Assembly (NCBI GenBank): GCA_038144595.1
Contig: JAYQOB010000007.1
Location: 251 to 64,250, forward strand
DNA from: Candidatus Poseidoniales archaeon
GTDB taxonomy: Archaea > Thermoplasmatota > Poseidoniia > Poseidoniales > Poseidoniaceae
Length of the DNA: 64,000 nt
Direction of reading: 5' to 3'
The notes beneath the pieces are model-generated. The model saw only the letters and a list, made by a program, of their open reading frames with translations, was not told where the DNA came from and ran no database searches. Position 1 is the first letter of the stretch. The number at the start of each line of letters is the position of its first letter. The translations under genes were made by a program, and so were the position numbers. This document shows positions 60,701 through 64,000 of this stretch, one piece after another.

Positions 60701-61165
60701 TTATTCCTCGAATTCTGGAAGGGTGATCATCACCGGTGCTTCGGCAAGATGGCCGTGTTCTTTGAGTTCGGCTTTCGTATCTTCAATTAACTGGGTCAAC
60801 TTCTCTTCCTTTTTTTCCCGACGCTCTTCTTTTGCATCAGCAACGGCTTGTGTAGTCTTGGCCACTGCCTCCTTGCTCGCATCCGCTATCTTTCCAGCAG
60901 CACCTTTGCTCGCATCAGCGACCTTTCCCGCAACGCCCTTGCTGGTGTCTGCTACTTTTCCTGCGGCATTTTTGCTTGCTCCAGCAACCTTTCCAGCGAC
61001 ATCTTTGCTGGTACCGGCAACCTTGCCAGCCACATCCTTGCTTGTTTCAGCAACTTTTCCAGCAGCTTCTTTGGTTGCGCTTGCTGCTTGTTTTGACAGT
61101 TCAGCAATTCGGTTTCCAGTCTCAGCGAGACGGTCAGCCAGCGTGTTGGGGGTTTCATCCACCAT
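60701..61165 (-). CDS. LEA-group-3-like / apolipoprotein-like protein built from seven 11-residue repeats
   Basis: ATKEAAGKVAE TSKDVAGKVAG TSKDVAGKVAG ASKNAAGKVAD TSKGVAGKVAD ASKGAAGKIAD ASKEAVAKTTQ, followed by a charged helix (EERREKKEEKLTQLIEDTKAELKEH). Confidence 0.6.
   Translation of the reverse strand: MVDETPNTLADRLAETGNRIAELSKQAASATKEAAGKVAETSKDVAGKVAGTSKDVAGKVAGASKNAAGKVADTSKGVAGKVADASKGAAGKIADASKEAVAKTTQAVADAKEERREKKEEKLTQLIEDTKAELKEHGHLAEAPVMITLPEFEE
60848..61078. repeat. 33-bp coding tandem repeat, 7 copies
   Basis: DNA periodicity ...ctttcc(a/c)gc(a/g)(a/g)c(a/g)(c/t)c(c/t)ttgct(c/g)g... underlies the 11-mer protein repeats. Confidence 0.8.
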
Positions 61166-61210
61166 GCCTGCACCACGTGATGAGTTTGATGTGAAGTCTT
61201 CGGGGTAATG

Positions 61211-61420
61211 TCACTCTTCTTCAGGTGATTTGTCAGGATACTGAGGAATTGGTTTTTCATCAATGAAACTTATGTCTCCTGTCATAATTGAATAGATCAC
61301 CATCAGAGCCGTTGGCAAGGTAATGAATCCGAGAATTGGGAAAATAAACGTGAAACCGGTCATCAGTCCTATTGCCACTGCAAAAAGCGGGATTGGGATT
61401 ATGCGGTCCTCGTATTCCAA
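61211..61420 (-). CDS. small two-TM membrane protein
   Basis: 69 aa: IPIPLFAVAIGLMTGFTFIFPILGFITLPTALMVIYSI. Confidence 0.35.
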   Translation of the reverse strand: MEYEDRIIPIPLFAVAIGLMTGFTFIFPILGFITLPTALMVIYSIMTGDISFIDEKPIPQYPDKSPEEE

Positions 61421-61477
61421 CAGCGATAACTTGACCAGCCTTCGAGTTGGGTTTGAGACCGTTCCCCGATCTCGTTG

Positions 61478-61963
61478 CTATTTGTCGGCTTCGATTGGGT
61501 TGGGATCGGGAGCAGCTTGAACAACCACAACTTCTTGAGTTTTCTCAACTTTCATCGGTTCCATTGAACGCTTTGCCTCAATATCCATTTTTTGAGAGGC
61601 GATTTCAAGCCATTTTGTTCTCATGATCTCATATTCGTTCATTTGAACTTTGTAGAGACTCTCGGCTTTTGTCTTGGCGGTTAACTCAAGCCGAATAATT
61701 GCAAGCCAGAGGATGATGGTTCGGACGAGCATTCCTAGCATGAGCCGTTCATACTCTGCTTGTGATGGGATATCGAACCATTCTGAAGGTTTTCGAATCA
61801 GGATACCAAAGAGAACAAAAGTTGCAGTCAACGCTAGGGTCGTGATCATCAATTCGGTGGTGTCTATACCGATTCTGCGGCGCATCTTCGGAAGTTCAGG
61901 CGCACGGTCAAAGGTTTTGGGCATGAAATCACTTCTACCCGCGATGGATATAGTATTTTTCAA
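61478..61963 (-). CDS. hypothetical membrane protein
   Basis: 161 aa, two TM helices (ELMITTLALTATFVLFGILI, LVRTIILWLAIIRL) and a charged C-terminus. Its start overlaps the alkA stop by 4 nt. Confidence 0.4.
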   Translation of the reverse strand: MKNTISIAGRSDFMPKTFDRAPELPKMRRRIGIDTTELMITTLALTATFVLFGILIRKPSEWFDIPSQAEYERLMLGMLVRTIILWLAIIRLELTAKTKAESLYKVQMNEYEIMRTKWLEIASQKMDIEAKRSMEPMKVEKTQEVVVVQAAPDPNPIEADK

Positions 61964-62571
61964 TATTCCACGGGCACCGGGTCAAGGATGCGCCACAAAT
62001 ACCACGCGGCTGCCGTCCGGTACGGGCGCCAACGCTCTGCAATTTCTCCCACCGCCTCTTTGGTTTCAGCTTCCGGGACCAAGCGCTGTGTCCCTCGGAT
62101 GAGGCCAATGTCGCCCAGGCTGAAGACATCGGGGCGAAGGAAGTGGAACATCAGCAACATTTCCGCTGTCCAGGGACCGATGCCTCGAAACTTGACCAGG
62201 TGCTTCATGATGGCTTCGTCACTCATGTCGTCCCACGGTTGATGGAGCAACTCCTCCGCCTGTTCGGCCAGCCCGTGGATGTAGCTGGCTTTTGGTCGAG
62301 TGACACCGCACGCAGCAATGCTCGGTTGGTCGGTCTCCAGCACCGCCTCCGGGGTGACCTCGCCGAGGTGGTCCACGAGCCGCCCCCAAATGGCATCGGC
62401 CGCCAGGACGGAAATCTGTTGGCCGACGATGGAGCGAACCAGGGTTTGGAACAGGTCGTCTCGGCTGGTGATGCCGTCCGGGCCAAATTCTTCCACCACG
62501 GGCCCGAGAAGCGCATCCTCGGCCAGAAACTCGAGGGCGTCCTGCCACCAGTTTGGAATTCGGCCGCTCAT
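61960..62571 (-). CDS. alkA: HhH-GPD DNA glycosylase (3-methyladenine DNA glycosylase II, AlkA/Mag type)
   Basis: LVRSIVGQQISVLAADAIWGRL and the hairpin-helix FRGIGPWTAEMLLMFHFLRPDVFSLGDIGL, with the catalytic Asp. Confidence 0.75.
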   Translation of the reverse strand: MSGRIPNWWQDALEFLAEDALLGPVVEEFGPDGITSRDDLFQTLVRSIVGQQISVLAADAIWGRLVDHLGEVTPEAVLETDQPSIAACGVTRPKASYIHGLAEQAEELLHQPWDDMSDEAIMKHLVKFRGIGPWTAEMLLMFHFLRPDVFSLGDIGLIRGTQRLVPEAETKEAVGEIAERWRPYRTAAAWYLWRILDPVPVEY

Positions 62572-62621
62572 GGTGGTTGGTTTGGGGGTGAGGTTTTCAA
62601 CACGCGCTTCAAGCCTGCACC

Positions 62622-63086
62622 ATGCGAGATACCCTGATGGCCTACCTCGGTCTCAAAGACGTGCTGCGTCAAGGCTGGGTCAACGCCGGTGTGGAGGCGC
62701 CCGAATCCGTCGCCGCCCATTCGTGGGGCATGGCGGTGCTTGCCCTGAAACTCTGCCCGGAGGACTTGAACCTCGAACACGTGCTGAAACTCTGCTTGGT
62801 TCACGACCTCCCCGAGGTCATCGTCGGCGATCTGACGCCCGCTGACGACCGGTCGACCAAAGCAGCCGATGAACGGGCCGCCATGGAGGAACTTGCACCG
62901 GAGTGGGTTGGCCTGTTCAACGAATACGAACAGCAATCAACGCCGGAAGCGGTCTTCGTACGCTCGCTCGACAAGTTGGACATGGCGCTTCAAGCCAAGG
63001 TCTACATGAAACGGACCGACCTTGACCTCCATCAATTCATCGAGAGCGCCCGTAAGACGCTGGGTGACCACGACCTGCTCCGCTGA
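62622..63086 (+). CDS. HD-domain phosphohydrolase (YfbR-like 5'-deoxynucleotidase family)
   Basis: [15 protein letters not shown] ... [15 protein letters not shown] ... [11 protein letters not shown] (the H...HD...D metal site). Confidence 0.7.
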   Translation: MRDTLMAYLGLKDVLRQGWVNAGVEAPESVAAHSWGMAVLALKLCPEDLNLEHVLKLCLVHDLPEVIVGDLTPADDRSTKAADERAAMEELAPEWVGLFNEYEQQSTPEAVFVRSLDKLDMALQAKVYMKRTDLDLHQFIESARKTLGDHDLLR

Positions 63087-63136
63087 GAGCAAGGCCGACA
63101 AGAACAAAAAGCGGAACCGCTCCGACCGTCTTACAC

Positions 63137-63209
63137 AGCCCGATAGTGTAGGGGTCCATCATGGTGGGTTTTGGTCCCGCCGACCTCGGTTCGAATCCGA
63201 GTCGGGCTA
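63137..63209 (+). tRNA. tRNA-Gln (anticodon UUG), A1-U72 first pair
   Basis: Hand-folded AGCCCGA TA GTG..., anticodon stem-loop GTGGG TTTTGGT CCCGC, T-arm CTCGG TTCGAAT CCGAG, acceptor strand TCGGGCT, discriminator A. All stems pair. Confidence 0.85.
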
Positions 63210-63342
63210 CCTCTCCTCCACACGTCATTCGGCGCGTTCCAAACTTCACTGCCATCTCGTGGTGGTTCTCTCATCAACGTCGTCCAAACGAATACGCATC
63301 TTCATGAACGGCATGCCTGTGCATTTGAGCATAGGTGAGACG

Positions 63343-64000
63343 ATGATTCAGACCATTGGCGTGATTGGTGCAGGACAAATGGGTAACGGTATCGCACAGG
63401 TGGCCGCTTGTGCGGGCTACGATGTCGTGATGATTGACATCAAAGACGAATACGTCGAAAAGGGCCTCGGCACCATTCAGTTCTCGCTTGGAAAACTCGT
63501 GAGCAAGGAGCGCATGACGCAGGAGGACGCTGACGCAGCCCTCGGTCGCATCACGACGGGCACCGAACGAAGCCTCTGCGCAGATTGCGACCTTGTGGTG
63601 GAAGCCGTGCCCGAGATTCTTTCGCTCAAGCAGGAGATCTTCACCGAACTTGACAGCCTGTGCAAGCCGGAGACCATCCTGGCCTCGAACACCTCGTCCA
63701 TCTCCATCACCACCATCGCCGCTTCCACGCAGCGACCCGAGAAGGTCATCGGGATGCACTTCATGAACCCGGTTCCGATCATGAAACTCGTTGAAATCAT
63801 CAACGGCGCCGATACCAGCAAAGCGACGAACACCGCCGTGGTGGAAGCAGCCGAAAAGATGGGCAAGACCGCCCTTTCCTGCAACGATGCTCCCGGCTTT
63901 GTGTCGAACCGCATTCTCTGTCCGATGATCAACGAAGCCATCCTCACGCTCCAGGAAGGCGTCGCCGAGCCAGAGGCCATTGACGGCATCATGAAACTCG
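63343..64000 (+). CDS. 3-hydroxyacyl/3-hydroxybutyryl-CoA dehydrogenase (partial, runs off the window)
   Basis: [33 protein letters not shown] (NAD Rossmann fold), [37 protein letters not shown]. It is absent from the ORF track because no stop codon is reached. Confidence 0.85.
   Translation, partial: MIQTIGVIGAGQMGNGIAQVAACAGYDVVMIDIKDEYVEKGLGTIQFSLGKLVSKERMTQEDADAALGRITTGTERSLCADCDLVVEAVPEILSLKQEIFTELDSLCKPETILASNTSSISITTIAASTQRPEKVIGMHFMNPVPIMKLVEIINGADTSKATNTAVVEAAEKMGKTALSCNDAPGFVSNRILCPMINEAILTLQEGVAEPEAIDGIMKL

Overview
This is an archaeal chromosome fragment. The evidence is a UbiA-type DGGGP synthase, Cbf5, RpoL/Rpo11, an archaeal-type Cmk, a DUF106 (YidC-like) protein, a GPN-loop GTPase, an archaeosortase and a tRNA-Gln with an A1-U72 pair. 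Giant Kelch/CARDB surface proteins, beta-oxidation genes and a GC-rich core with AT-rich islands suggest a planktonic Marine Group II (Poseidoniales-like) euryarchaeon. That lineage call is only a guess.

The window has two parts. GC values below are judged by eye, not computed.

(1) 1-18150 is an AT-rich mosaic accessory island, roughly 40% GC, with patches of clearly higher GC at about 8245-11260 and 14180-14950. Coding density is low and many recognisable genes are broken: a UDP-sugar dehydrogenase, a kinase-methyltransferase and a PGF-CTERM surface protein. It also holds a GT2 glycosyltransferase, a MacB-type ABC transporter module, a family of short promoter-proximal repeats and a pair of about 0.5-kb inverted repeats bracketing about 8 kb. 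No transposase or integrase is recognisable.

(2) 18150-64000 is GC-rich core, roughly 60%. Housekeeping genes are truD, rpoL, an RND/MMPL exporter, DGGGP synthase, argF, a GPN GTPase, DUF106-cmk-cbf5, ribA, a TusA-like protein, an archaeosortase, a DEAD-box helicase, alkA, an HD hydrolase, an acyl-CoA dehydrogenase, a 3-hydroxyacyl-CoA dehydrogenase, and tRNA-Glu, tRNA-His and tRNA-Gln. Between them sit very large secreted or anchored surface proteins and two small lower-GC islets (33560-35505 next to tRNA-Glu, and 60170-61970).

The most interesting items:
- A stand-alone H-NOX heme sensor gene with an unusual coiled-coil membrane partner (29386-30577).
- A signal-peptide-less protein of about 1000 aa with about 330 aa of PPMPP-type tandem repeats, translationally coupled to an EF-hand/zinc-ribbon protein (39165-42496).
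- The inverted-repeat-bracketed cassette in the island.

Caveat: reading frames are broken even in housekeeping genes (truD, ribA, acd), and the three breaks mapped to the nucleotide (ribA, the methyltransferase, the proline-rich protein) lie at or beside homopolymer runs. Every pseudogene call here may therefore reflect sequence error rather than biology. Hand-mapped coordinates (RNAs, repeats, internal starts) may be off by 1-2 nt.
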